The position numbers and the translations under genes were made by a program. From Opitutia bacterium (GTDB lineage: Bacteria > Verrucomicrobiota > Verrucomicrobiia > Opitutales > Coraliomargaritaceae): DNA of 64,000 nucleotides. Below are positions 9,389 through 19,053 of this stretch, in pieces (within the stretch, counting starts at the first letter, position 1; each line of letters starts with the position of its first letter). The notes below the pieces were generated by a model. That model was given only the letters and a program-made list of their open reading frames with translations, searched no databases and had not been told where the DNA came from. The stretch is from NCBI GenBank assembly GCA_029248665.1, contig JAQWIW010000003.1:10951-74950 (forward strand), given 5' to 3'.

Positions 9389-9492
9389 CCTTGTTATTTA
9401 GTAAAGATAAACTATGCATTTCTTTTAAATTAGTCCTTGATCTTTTTTGAGAGTCTTCTTTTATCTATTCTTTAATTTCAAACAATAACGTC

Positions 9493-9651
9493 ATGACACA
9501 ACATAACAGCTTTAAAGCCAGTAAGGCAGGCGGCAAAAAGAACCGTACAGTTTTAAAACGATTTGAACGAGTCGATTTACTTCGAAAACGAGGTGAATGG
9601 TCTGATGGACAGCGTGTTATTGGTTTAAAGAAAACCAAACCCGAAGAATAA
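9493..9651 (+). CDS. small basic protein (52 aa), PVC-group conserved mini-protein
   Basis: Not in the ORF track (under 60 aa). Manual translation: MTQHNSFKASKAGGKKNRTVLKRFERVDLLRKRGEWSDGQRVIGLKKTKPEE. It is followed by a clean intrinsic terminator. The 'VLKRFERV..L.KRG.W' pattern matches what I recall of the 'small basic protein' family of Verrucomicrobia/Planctomycetes. Confidence 0.6.
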   Translation: MTQHNSFKASKAGGKKNRTVLKRFERVDLLRKRGEWSDGQRVIGLKKTKPEE

Positions 9652-9672
9652 GAACTGAATCAATTTCCTATC

Positions 9673-9703
9673 AAGCCCTCTAAATTTGAGGGCTTTTTCT
9701 TTT
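9673..9703 (+). terminator. rho-independent terminator after the small basic protein gene
   Basis: AAGCCCTC-taaattt-GAGGGCTT is a perfect 8-bp stem, followed by TTTCTTTT. Confidence 0.7.
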
Positions 9704-9767
9704 ACAAGCTATCACTACTTTTTAAATCATAATCATACTGCACTGTACGAAACGAAACGACTAATTC

Positions 9768-11381
9768 ATGATTACACTGAATAAAATAGAGCACCATTAC
9801 GGAGAAAAAGTCTTATACAATTCCATTAATGCATCCATAGGCCCAAGAGACCGTATTGGCTTAGTTGGTTCCAATGGATCAGGCAAAACAACCCTCTTGA
9901 AAATTCTCATGGGAGAAATGGAAGCAAACAGAGGCCGTATTGAAAAAGCAGAATACGTAAACATTGGCTACCTTCCTCAAGATGGCATCCAAACTTCTGG
10001 TAAAACATTATTTAAGGAGGCAGAATCTGCCTTTGGTGATATTCTTGAATTACAGGATAAAATAGCGAAAGCAGATGAAGCTATGCTAGAGATGGACACT
10101 AGTAGTGAAGAATACTATGACTTAATTGATGTCCTTGGCGAATGGGAGCAAAAGCTAGAAGAGTCACAGCCTGATCGTATTAAATCAAAGATTGAACGTA
10201 TCCTAACTGGCATAGGCTTTGAGCTATCTGACCTAGACAGAGATACTGGTGAATTTTCAGGTGGTTGGCAAATGCGTATCGCATTGGCCAAGCTACTACT
10301 ACAAAATCCATCACTAATAATATTAGATGAACCGACAAATCACCTTGATATCAGTTCACAAAATTGGGTAGAAAATTACTTAAAAAATTACCAAGGCGCA
10401 CTTATTGTCATATCTCACGACCGAGCTTTTCTTGATACCGTTACCAATAAAATCTACGAGCTCAAACTCGGTGAACTCAACATTTACAAAGGCAACTATT
10501 CTTTCTTTTTAGAACAGAGTAAAAAGCAACTCGAAGTACTCCGTAAAGCTCACGCCAATCAGCAAAAAGAAATTCGAGAAATCAAAGACTTTATTAATAA
10601 ATTCAGATCTAACGTCAAAAAAGCCAGTCTTGTACAAAGTCGAATTAAACAACTGGATAAAATTGACCTCATCACTATTCCAAGAGACGAAAGGAAAATA
10701 TTTTTTCGCTTTCCCAAACCACCACCTGCCAGTTCAAAAGTGATTAACATTACTAATCTCAATAAAGCTTATGGTGATAATGTAATTTTTGACGGATTAG
10801 ACTTACGAATTGATAATGGTGACCGTATTGCCGTAGTCGGTGTAAATGGCGCTGGTAAATCGACATTGGCACGTATCATGGCCAGAGAAGAGCCCTTCCA
10901 AAGCGGTAAAGTAGAGACTGGCATCAACACGGTTATTTCATATTTTGCTCAATCTCAAGCAGAGGAGCTAAACCCAAATTATACAGTATTGGAGGAAGTT
11001 GAACTCTCCGCCAAAGGCAATGATGCGGCAAATCCGAGAGCTGCTTTAGGAGCTATGCTATTTTCTGGGGATGCCGCATTAAAGAAAAATACAGTTCTAT
11101 CTGGAGGTGAACGAAATCGAGTGGCACTTTGTAAAATGCTCATGCAACCCGCCAACTGCTTAATTCTTGATGAACCGACCAATCACCTAGATTTAAAATC
11201 TAAAGAAGTCTTACAAGATGCCATAAATGAATTTGAAGGCACCGTTATTTTAGTATCTCACGACCGATCATTCTTGGATGGCGTAGTTAATAAAGTCTTA
11301 GAAGTTTCCAAAGGCAGTATGAGAATGCTCACTTGTAATGTTTCAGAATATATTCAGCGTATTGAATCAGAAATGGAATAA
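9768..11381 (+). CDS. ABC-F family ATPase (two ABC cassettes, no TM domain; ribosome-associated type)
   Basis: Two Walker A sites (GSNGSGKTT, GVNGAGKST), two signature motifs (FSGGWQMR, LSGGERNR) and a charged inter-domain linker. Confidence 0.92.
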   Translation: MITLNKIEHHYGEKVLYNSINASIGPRDRIGLVGSNGSGKTTLLKILMGEMEANRGRIEKAEYVNIGYLPQDGIQTSGKTLFKEAESAFGDILELQDKIAKADEAMLEMDTSSEEYYDLIDVLGEWEQKLEESQPDRIKSKIERILTGIGFELSDLDRDTGEFSGGWQMRIALAKLLLQNPSLIILDEPTNHLDISSQNWVENYLKNYQGALIVISHDRAFLDTVTNKIYELKLGELNIYKGNYSFFLEQSKKQLEVLRKAHANQQKEIREIKDFINKFRSNVKKASLVQSRIKQLDKIDLITIPRDERKIFFRFPKPPPASSKVINITNLNKAYGDNVIFDGLDLRIDNGDRIAVVGVNGAGKSTLARIMAREEPFQSGKVETGINTVISYFAQSQAEELNPNYTVLEEVELSAKGNDAANPRAALGAMLFSGDAALKKNTVLSGGERNRVALCKMLMQPANCLILDEPTNHLDLKSKEVLQDAINEFEGTVILVSHDRSFLDGVVNKVLEVSKGSMRMLTCNVSEYIQRIESEME

Positions 11382-11389
11382 TAATTAAA

Positions 11390-11860
11390 ATGGGAAAGGA
11401 ATTCAAGTATCGAGCCATTGCCGCCATGGCGGAAAATCGTGTAATTGGAAATCAAAATACGATCCCTTGGCATTTGCCGGAAGACTTCAAATGGTTCAAA
11501 AAAACCACAATGGGACAGACCCTACTCATGGGACGAAAGACCTTCGAATCCATTGGCCGACCACTACCTGGCAGACAAACGATCATACTCAGTAGAAGCC
11601 AATTATCGATACCGAATACTGAAACAATAAATGCCATTGATTCAATTGAAACTGTAGCCACCAATGACACGATATGGATCGCAGGCGGTGCAGAAATTTA
11701 CCAACTCATGCTCCCAAAATGCTCTGATATCTATTTAACCAGAGTTCACCAAAAGCCTGACGGAGATACTTTCTTTCCAGAATTTGAAGATAGCTTCACT
11801 TTAGACTCAGTACTCGAAAGCAATACTCAATTTTCTATAGAGCACTGGAAAAGATCCTAA
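11390..11860 (+). CDS. folA: dihydrofolate reductase
   Basis: 'IGNQNTIPWHLPEDFKWFKKTTMGQTLLMGRKTFESIG'. Confidence 0.92.
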   Translation: MGKEFKYRAIAAMAENRVIGNQNTIPWHLPEDFKWFKKTTMGQTLLMGRKTFESIGRPLPGRQTIILSRSQLSIPNTETINAIDSIETVATNDTIWIAGGAEIYQLMLPKCSDIYLTRVHQKPDGDTFFPEFEDSFTLDSVLESNTQFSIEHWKRS

Positions 11861-11873
11861 GCTAAGCATAGAA

Positions 11874-12422
11874 CTAGTGATCTTTTTCTGTATTTTCTTC
11901 CGCTGACTTCTTTTTATCCCATTTGAAGTGATTGTCCGGTAAGGTACCGCCCAATTTGAGCAACTTCTCTTTACCAAAAACCATTTCTTCACGAGTGTAT
12001 CCAGATAAAGAGAACGAATCTTGAAGAAAAATAGCCTCTTCTGGACAGACTTCTTGGCACAAACCGCAATAAATACATCTGAGCATATTGATATCAAAAG
12101 CCGCAGGCTCTTTTTCAATATGTGCTCGATCCGATTCTTCATCTACAATTTCACTAGGCTTAATACGGATCGCCTTAGGAGGACAGACAAACTCACATAA
12201 TTGGCAGGAAACGCACTTCACTCTTCCTTTAGGATCTTTGACTAAAGTAGGAACACCACGATAATTTTCGGGAATCACAGGACGTACCTCAGGATATTCT
12301 AAGGTAACCGACTTTTTAAACATGTTCACAAACGTCGCCGCCAGGCCAGACGCAATTTGCGGAATATAGGTCTTTTCCGAAAATGTCAGGGGCTTACGCT
12401 CTAATACTTTTGTTTTAGCCAT
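11874..12422 (-). CDS. nuoI: NADH-quinone oxidoreductase subunit I
   Basis: Two CxxCxxCxxxCP ferredoxin motifs (CVSCQLCEFVCP, CIYCGLCQEVCP). Sits downstream of nuoH. Confidence 0.93.
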   Translation of the reverse strand: MAKTKVLERKPLTFSEKTYIPQIASGLAATFVNMFKKSVTLEYPEVRPVIPENYRGVPTLVKDPKGRVKCVSCQLCEFVCPPKAIRIKPSEIVDEESDRAHIEKEPAAFDINMLRCIYCGLCQEVCPEEAIFLQDSFSLSGYTREEMVFGKEKLLKLGGTLPDNHFKWDKKKSAEENTEKDH

Positions 12423-12428
12423 GATTCT

Positions 12429-13535
12429 TTAATAAGTAAGGTTATCAATAAAAGCGATTAAGAAAATATAGAAGACGAAATTAGCAACTGCGAGTGGCAA
12501 CAATATTTTCCAGCCGAGGTGCATAACGTGGTCGTAACGAAAACGAGGCATAGACCAACGCATCCAAATGAAGAAGAAAATCATGAAGAAAATCTTCAGA
12601 AGGAACCAAGAGGTCGAACAAAGAATACCAAACAGTCCATCTGGCCAAGGATCCGCTACACCTGGAAGAAAGTGCCAACCTCCAAGAAATAATAAAACAA
12701 AGAGTGCTGACCCCATAATAATATGAGCGTATTCTGCCACAAAAAACATGCCAAATTTAAAAGCGCCATATTCTGTATGAAAACCTCCGACAAGATCGGT
12801 TTCGGATTCAGCCATATCAAAAGGCAGACGATTTGTCTCTGCGAAGATGGCTACGAGAAATATTAATGCCGAGATCGGTTGCCAAATAATCAACCAGAGT
12901 CCTTGTTGCGCCTGAACCACTCCAAATAAAGAAAGTCCATAATCGCTACCAGGCGATGCTGCCCAGAGAAATACTGGAAGGATCGATAAGCCCATAGCCA
13001 GCTCATATGAGATCATTTGTGCGGTGGATCGAATCGCACCTAAAAATGGGTACTTACTATTTGATGCCCAACCCGCTAAAACAATACCGTATACACCCAA
13101 GGAAGACACTGCTAAAATAAACAAAATACCCACATCAATATTAGCCAAAGCAATTGGTTGCACCATGCCATTGACATCAATATATCGACCAAAAGGAAGG
13201 ACTACCATAGTCGTTAAAGCAGGAGCCAATGCTACGATCGGGGCTAAATAATAATACCCGATGCGCACGTGCTGAGGGGTGATTTCTTCCTTAAATAAAA
13301 ACTTTAGTCCATCAGCCGCAGGATGAAAAATGCCTAAACGGGTGAGAATTTTACCTAGAATAGGAATATGTCCAACAATCGGGATTTTTGCACGATTAGG
13401 CCCCACTCGTCTTTGAATTAAGCTACATACCTTACGCTCGGCTAATACTGAATAGGCACATAAAGTCATAAAGACACTGACCATTCCGAGTGCATAAAAT
13501 ATAGGGATTATATAATCTAAAAAATTCATACTCAA
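12429..13535 (-). CDS. nuoH: NADH-quinone oxidoreductase subunit H
   Basis: 'ERKVCSLIQRRVGPNR' and 'ETNRLPFDMAESETDLVGGFHTEYG'. Confidence 0.95.
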   Translation of the reverse strand: MSMNFLDYIIPIFYALGMVSVFMTLCAYSVLAERKVCSLIQRRVGPNRAKIPIVGHIPILGKILTRLGIFHPAADGLKFLFKEEITPQHVRIGYYYLAPIVALAPALTTMVVLPFGRYIDVNGMVQPIALANIDVGILFILAVSSLGVYGIVLAGWASNSKYPFLGAIRSTAQMISYELAMGLSILPVFLWAASPGSDYGLSLFGVVQAQQGLWLIIWQPISALIFLVAIFAETNRLPFDMAESETDLVGGFHTEYGAFKFGMFFVAEYAHIIMGSALFVLLFLGGWHFLPGVADPWPDGLFGILCSTSWFLLKIFFMIFFFIWMRWSMPRFRYDHVMHLGWKILLPLAVANFVFYIFLIAFIDNLTY

Positions 13536-13540
13536 TATCC

Positions 13541-15253
13541 CTACACTGTTTTAGAGACTAAATTAGGTTTATATTTTAAATTTTGCGTTTCGACAAAATT
13601 CATACTGGCAAACGAAGCATCCTCTAATGCAAAACCTTCTTCAGGGATTGCTGACCATTTTACTGATTTCAAAATTTCCACATTTTCGGAAATTTCACTC
13701 CAAAGCTCATCCATGAAAGGCATCGCAGTTTCAGGAGCCTCATTATTTAACTCATGAAGAATTGCTTTCAGTACTCCGCATTCTGACATCAAACCTACAG
13801 GAGGTAAAACTGCTTGTTTGAATTTTTGTAAAATGAAATTTTGATTCACAAAAGTGCCTTCTTTTTCAAAAACACTTAAACTTGGGAAAATTACTTTCGC
13901 TCGCTCGCTCGTAGTATTTTTTGAATTTCCAAAATAAATCACTTGAATTGATTCTTTAAGCTTTCCGAGATCGATACCCAATTGCTCAAGATCTTGATTA
14001 AAGACTAAAAGTGTTTTAATACTACCGCCCTCAATACTTGCTTTCAATTGACCAAGTTCTCTTTCTGGAAGCTGCTTAATTAAACCATTAATAAACGCAC
14101 CACGAAGATTAGGTGTTCTATCTTCAGATAAAAGCAAGCCATCGCCTTCACCTATATGCTGAACCATTTCACAAGTTGCATCTGTTTGCTTTATGATTTT
14201 TTGTAATAGATATTGCTCTTCAACAGAGCTATGTGCTGAACCGATCACACCCACAGAGCCTGCTTTTAGTAGTGCACGTGTCGCCACAACCGCATCATCC
14301 AGACTCTTAGCCACTTGATCCACTGAGTAAGAAGTCAAACGATCTTCTGATTCAAATTCCTTAAATAAACCTCGGCCCGAATCAGTCATCCAAGTATCAT
14401 TCACCGCATCATTACGCCTTGGTGTGATACGATATATTTTACCTTCACGGCTCCAAATTTCTGTATTCGCCCCAACACTACTTTCCGTGCAAATACTGTG
14501 TGTCCGCTTCAAAAACCAAACACGCATCTTAAATCTAAAATCTGTACTGGTCAAAGCCCCCACTGGACAAATATCCACTGTGTTTAATGAATAGTTATTG
14601 GATAACTCTTTTCCTGGGTAACAAGTAAGGGTTGAGTAAGTACCTCGATCAACAAAACCTAGGACATCATCTTTCGCCACTTCTTGAGAAAAACGAACAC
14701 ACCGTGAGCACAAGATACAACGCTCGTCATCCAAAGTAACTCTTGGCCCTAAGCGAGTACGCTTTGGCTTAACATTTTTCTCTTCCTTAAAGCGGCTATA
14801 ACCTCGCCCATGCTCTGCCGAAAATTCCTGTAAACGACACTCACCTGCCTGGTCACAAATTGGGCAATCTAAAGGATGATTAATCAATAAAAATTCGGTC
14901 ACCCCATTTCGGCAATCTATTAAATTGGGAGTATTAGTACGCACATGCATTCCTTCAGAAACATTCGTAGCACAACCAATCACCGGCTTAGGTGCCCAGC
15001 CAATTTTAGGCTCTCCATTTTCTTCCAAAATAGCTTCCCCAGTCTGACGATCTCTCATTGGATTACCTACTTCGACCAAACACATACGGCAATTCCCGAC
15101 CACCGAAAGTTTTGGATGATAACAATAGTGCGGAATTTCTTTTTCCTTACCCACCACACGCATTGCTTCAATCACATTTACACCCTTCGGCACTTGTGCA
15201 AGTTCACCATCAACATTGATTGTAACTGTATCTGTAACTTTGATTTCCAACAT
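13541..15253 (-). CDS. nuoG: NADH-quinone oxidoreductase subunit G (short form, 570 aa)
   Basis: N-terminal 2Fe-2S and 4Fe-4S motifs: 'CYHPKLSVVGNCRMCLVEV', 'HPLDCPICDQAGECRLQ', 'CILCSRCVRF', 'CPVGALT'. Confidence 0.9.
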   Translation of the reverse strand: MLEIKVTDTVTINVDGELAQVPKGVNVIEAMRVVGKEKEIPHYCYHPKLSVVGNCRMCLVEVGNPMRDRQTGEAILEENGEPKIGWAPKPVIGCATNVSEGMHVRTNTPNLIDCRNGVTEFLLINHPLDCPICDQAGECRLQEFSAEHGRGYSRFKEEKNVKPKRTRLGPRVTLDDERCILCSRCVRFSQEVAKDDVLGFVDRGTYSTLTCYPGKELSNNYSLNTVDICPVGALTSTDFRFKMRVWFLKRTHSICTESSVGANTEIWSREGKIYRITPRRNDAVNDTWMTDSGRGLFKEFESEDRLTSYSVDQVAKSLDDAVVATRALLKAGSVGVIGSAHSSVEEQYLLQKIIKQTDATCEMVQHIGEGDGLLLSEDRTPNLRGAFINGLIKQLPERELGQLKASIEGGSIKTLLVFNQDLEQLGIDLGKLKESIQVIYFGNSKNTTSERAKVIFPSLSVFEKEGTFVNQNFILQKFKQAVLPPVGLMSECGVLKAILHELNNEAPETAMPFMDELWSEISENVEILKSVKWSAIPEEGFALEDASFASMNFVETQNLKYKPNLVSKTV

Positions 15254-15268
15254 AATACCAATAGAAAA

Positions 15269-16633
15269 TTAAATTAAGCTTGTTTCTTTAGCTGTATCTT
15301 CACCTTGCTTTCTCAACAATGCTTGTTCTTTCGCTTTTGCCTCAAATTCATCTTTAAACTTAGCAATAAAACTCTGTACTGGCCATGAAGCAGCTTCTCC
15401 AAATGCGCAAATTGTTCGGCCTTCAATCTGATCAGCAATACTCTTAAGTAAATCCACATCTTCTTCTCTAGCTCCACCAGAGCACATGCGTGTCGTGATC
15501 TTTTTCATCCAAGGAACTCCTTCTCGACAAGGGGTACATTGTCCGCAGCTTTCATGTGCATAGAAATAATTAATATTCGCTAAAGCTTCAACCATGTCCG
15601 TGCTATCATCCATAATGATAACACCACCAGAACCAGACATTGAGCCAACTAAAGATAAGCTATCAAAATCCATAGGGATATCTTCAATCCCCCAATCAAA
15701 TTCTGTCCCATCTTTTTTCTTACCCTTAAAGCGTTCGTCCGCACGAAGAATTTTAGATGAGGAGCCTCCAGGAATCACTGCTTTTAATTTTCTGCCTGGG
15801 AGCAATCCTCCGCACACATCATAAATCAACTCACCTAGAGTTACCCCTGCACATGGAAACTCATAATAGCCTGGTTTTTGCACATGACCTGAAACACACC
15901 AAATACGTGTGCCCGTGTTACCAGGCGTTCCTATATTAGCAAATTCTTTACTCCCCATTGTGATCACGTGTTTCACATCACATAGGGTTTCTACATTATT
16001 AACGATGGTTGGGCATTGGTACAATCCAAGGGCCGCAGGGAAATACGGTGGTTTAATTCTTGGATTGGCACGCTTCCCTTCAAGAGATTCGATCAAGCCA
16101 GTTTCTTCTCCACATATGTACGCACCTGCTCCGCGATGTACGATAATATCACAAGAATAATCTGAGCCTAGTATATTATCGCCTAAGAAGTTTTTTGCAC
16201 GCGCCTCTTCAATTGCTCGCTCTAAAATCTTATAACCTTCAAAAAATTCTCCACGAATATAAATAAAAGCTAACTTTGCTTGGATCGCATAAGCCGAACA
16301 CAACATGCCCTCAATCAGTTGATGCGGATCTTTATGAATAATTTGACGATCTTTAAATGTTCCTGGCTCTGATTCATCCGCATTACAAATCAAGTAAATT
16401 GGCTTGCCTGATTTACGATCTAAAAATTTCCATTTCATGCCCGCAGGAAAACCTGCCCCACCACGACCACGAACACCAGAGTCTAAAACCTCTTGGCAAA
16501 TATCTTCAGGCTTCATTTGAAAGCCTTTTTTAAGGGCCTCATAGCCACCATGCTTGATATAACAGTCTATATCATTGGTGTAACCTTCTTGGTCTGCGTA
16601 TTTTAAAATCAATCTCTTTTCTTCAATCGCCAT
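15269..16633 (-). CDS. nuoF: NADH-quinone oxidoreductase subunit F
   Basis: 'GRGGAGFPAGMKWKF', 'ESEPGTFKDR' and 'ESCGQCTPCREG'. Confidence 0.96.
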   Translation of the reverse strand: MAIEEKRLILKYADQEGYTNDIDCYIKHGGYEALKKGFQMKPEDICQEVLDSGVRGRGGAGFPAGMKWKFLDRKSGKPIYLICNADESEPGTFKDRQIIHKDPHQLIEGMLCSAYAIQAKLAFIYIRGEFFEGYKILERAIEEARAKNFLGDNILGSDYSCDIIVHRGAGAYICGEETGLIESLEGKRANPRIKPPYFPAALGLYQCPTIVNNVETLCDVKHVITMGSKEFANIGTPGNTGTRIWCVSGHVQKPGYYEFPCAGVTLGELIYDVCGGLLPGRKLKAVIPGGSSSKILRADERFKGKKKDGTEFDWGIEDIPMDFDSLSLVGSMSGSGGVIIMDDSTDMVEALANINYFYAHESCGQCTPCREGVPWMKKITTRMCSGGAREEDVDLLKSIADQIEGRTICAFGEAASWPVQSFIAKFKDEFEAKAKEQALLRKQGEDTAKETSLI

Positions 16634-16647
16634 AATTAATTCCCCTC

Positions 16648-17136
16648 TTATTCAGTCTCAACTGTACCACTTTTAATTTTTTCGATTAATTCATTCGCTT
16701 CATCCGTTTTGACGCCAGTATATTCTTTTTCCCCTACCATGACAACTGGAGCACGTCCACAATCGGCATGACATTCGACATACTCCAAACTCACTAAGCC
16801 GTCATCACTCGTCGAGCCCACTTTGCAATCAAAGGCTTCTTCAAATTGCTTGCAGGTTTTATAAGCACCGGCCAAAGCACAGGATAACGTGCGACACACT
16901 CTCACTTGATACCTACCCGGAGCAGCCGTTTTCAACATAGGGTAAAACGTTACAATTTCTGAAATATTAATCGGCTCAAGTTCCAAACGCTTTGCGATCC
17001 ATTCAATTGATTCATTGGATAAATAACCAAGATCTTCTTGAACTAAGTGACACAAAGGCAGTGCAGCACTACGCATATCAGGGTAGCGTGGTACTAATTG
17101 ATCTATCTTATCTAATGTTGATTGTTTTAAATCCAT
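16648..17136 (-). CDS. nuoE: NADH-quinone oxidoreductase subunit E
   Basis: Thioredoxin-like 2Fe-2S subunit with 'VCRTLSCALAG' and 'ECHADCGRAPV'. Confidence 0.93.
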   Translation of the reverse strand: MDLKQSTLDKIDQLVPRYPDMRSAALPLCHLVQEDLGYLSNESIEWIAKRLELEPINISEIVTFYPMLKTAAPGRYQVRVCRTLSCALAGAYKTCKQFEEAFDCKVGSTSDDGLVSLEYVECHADCGRAPVVMVGEKEYTGVKTDEANELIEKIKSGTVETE

Positions 17137-17148
17137 ACAAATTAAAAA

Positions 17149-18387
17149 TTAACGGTCACACTCACCCATAACAAAGTCTAATGAACCGAGAATCACCGTG
17201 ATGTCGGTTAGAAAATGCCCTGGCAGGAGTTCGCTTAAAATACTGAGATTACAGAATGACGGTCCACGAATCTTCATACGATACGGCACACCGCCACCTT
17301 TTGAAACCACATAGAAACCGAGTGAACCCTTTGGATTTTCGGCCTCAAAATAGACCTCACCCTTAGGCATTTGAGGCCCTTCGGTTACCAACATGAAATT
17401 CTGAATCAACTCCTCCATACTGGTTAAAATTTTATCCTTAGGTGGTGCAAAAATCTTTTTTGCATCTTCAGCATAATACGGTCCTTCCGGGAATGAGCCA
17501 ATTACCTGTCGAATAATGCCTACACTTTGTTTAATTTCCTCAGCACGCATCAAATATCGATCATAGCAATCGCCATTCAAACCAATCGGCACCTCAAAAT
17601 CATAATTTTCGTACCCCAAATAAGGTTTATCTTTTCGTAAATCTAAATCCACCCCTGCCGCACGCAAATTCGGCCCAGTCATGCCGTAGCTCAAGGCTTT
17701 TTCCTTTGAGATAACACCAATACCAACCGTACGATCCATGAAAATGCGATTTCGAGTGAGCATTTTGTCCACTTGATTCAAAATTGGAAGAACTCCTTTA
17801 CAGAAAGTATCCACACGCCCAAGCCAACCATCTGGAATATCTCGAGCTACTCCACCAATACGAGTGTAACTCGTAGTGAATCGGGCACCTGTTAATTCTT
17901 CAAAAAGAGTATAAAGCTTTTCTCGCTCCGTGAAGGTGTACATGAACACAGTCCAAGATCCTGCATCCATACCATATACACCGACCCCTAAAAGGTGAGA
18001 AGAAATTCTTGCTAACTCACAGCAGATCACTCGAATCGCCTGACAACGATCTGGCACTTCTAAATTAGCCAATTTCTCTACGGCCATTGCGTAAGCTACG
18101 TTGTTAGATAAAGGAGCAAGATAATCGAGTCTATCTGTATAAGGAATAAACTGATTGTAAGTCATGTTCTCAGCAATTTTCTCATCTCCACGATGCAGGT
18201 AGCCGATCACTGGCTCGCATTCTTTGATCAAATCCCCGTCTAATTGCATCATCAAGCGCAGAACTCCGTGCGTTGACGGGTGAGATGGCCCCACATTTAA
18301 AGCCATAGTTTCTGCTTTAAATTCTGGATCCGCTTCCGCTGCTCGAGAACCGATATCACCTACTGAAACTTCTTTAACTTCTCCCAT
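17149..18387 (-). CDS. nuoD: NADH-quinone oxidoreductase subunit D
   Basis: 'NVGPSHPSTHGVLRL' and 'GYLHRGDEK'; C-terminal 'GECDR'. Confidence 0.96.
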   Translation of the reverse strand: MGEVKEVSVGDIGSRAAEADPEFKAETMALNVGPSHPSTHGVLRLMMQLDGDLIKECEPVIGYLHRGDEKIAENMTYNQFIPYTDRLDYLAPLSNNVAYAMAVEKLANLEVPDRCQAIRVICCELARISSHLLGVGVYGMDAGSWTVFMYTFTEREKLYTLFEELTGARFTTSYTRIGGVARDIPDGWLGRVDTFCKGVLPILNQVDKMLTRNRIFMDRTVGIGVISKEKALSYGMTGPNLRAAGVDLDLRKDKPYLGYENYDFEVPIGLNGDCYDRYLMRAEEIKQSVGIIRQVIGSFPEGPYYAEDAKKIFAPPKDKILTSMEELIQNFMLVTEGPQMPKGEVYFEAENPKGSLGFYVVSKGGGVPYRMKIRGPSFCNLSILSELLPGHFLTDITVILGSLDFVMGECDR

Positions 18388-18415
18388 AAAAATTGATCTC
18401 CGTGTCCTTAAATAA

Positions 18416-19021
18416 TTATTTTCCCTTTTCTTCGTTCCAACTTTCGTCTTTTGCCTTTGGCTCAGTTTGGCTCATCTTACCGTCACCTGATGAAACGAAT
18501 GGCCCGCCCATCATTGGTGCCGCTGATACCTGTAGATTTGTTTGCTCAACAACATCTTCTGCCGGTAGAGGTGTTTCAATGCCCGCTAATGGGAAATCTT
18601 TTCTTAGAGGGTGGTATGGATATGAGTCCCACATTAAAATACGTTTGAGATTTGGATGGCCTTCGTAGTGAATGCCCATCAAATCATAAGTTTCCCGTTC
18701 ATGCCAGTCTGCTGCAGAGTAAAGCGGCACAAGGCTAGGCAATGTTGGCTTAATGTTATCCACGCAATCCGATGCCACTCTTAAATACATTTGCTTAACT
18801 GTTGAATAAAAATGATACACTCCTGTAAACCTTGGAGTTGCTACATCCCAATCGATGGCTGTGACATCAAGCAACAAATCGAACTGAAATTCGTCACGTA
18901 ATACTGTACAAAATTCAATCAATTGCTCCGCTGGGCAATTGAGCGCTAAATGATCCGAACTTTCTCGCTCACTTAAATAAGTAAAACGATCCAATAATTC
19001 ACTTTTTTCTATTTCACTCAC
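18416..19021 (-). CDS. nuoC: NADH-quinone oxidoreductase subunit C
   Basis: 'AADWHERETYDLMGIHYEGHPNLKRIL'. Confidence 0.93.
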   Translation of the reverse strand: MSEIEKSELLDRFTYLSERESSDHLALNCPAEQLIEFCTVLRDEFQFDLLLDVTAIDWDVATPRFTGVYHFYSTVKQMYLRVASDCVDNIKPTLPSLVPLYSAADWHERETYDLMGIHYEGHPNLKRILMWDSYPYHPLRKDFPLAGIETPLPAEDVVEQTNLQVSAAPMMGGPFVSSGDGKMSQTEPKAKDESWNEEKGK

Positions 19022-19053
19022 CTTAAATTATACCTCCAAATTATGACTGCTTA

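Noticed and set aside
9389-9492. Expected fluoride riboswitch upstream of the crcB pair.
   Set aside because: I read the region on the minus strand. It is AT-rich with none of the conserved crcB-motif core sequences, so no riboswitch is called. A covariance-model scan would settle it.
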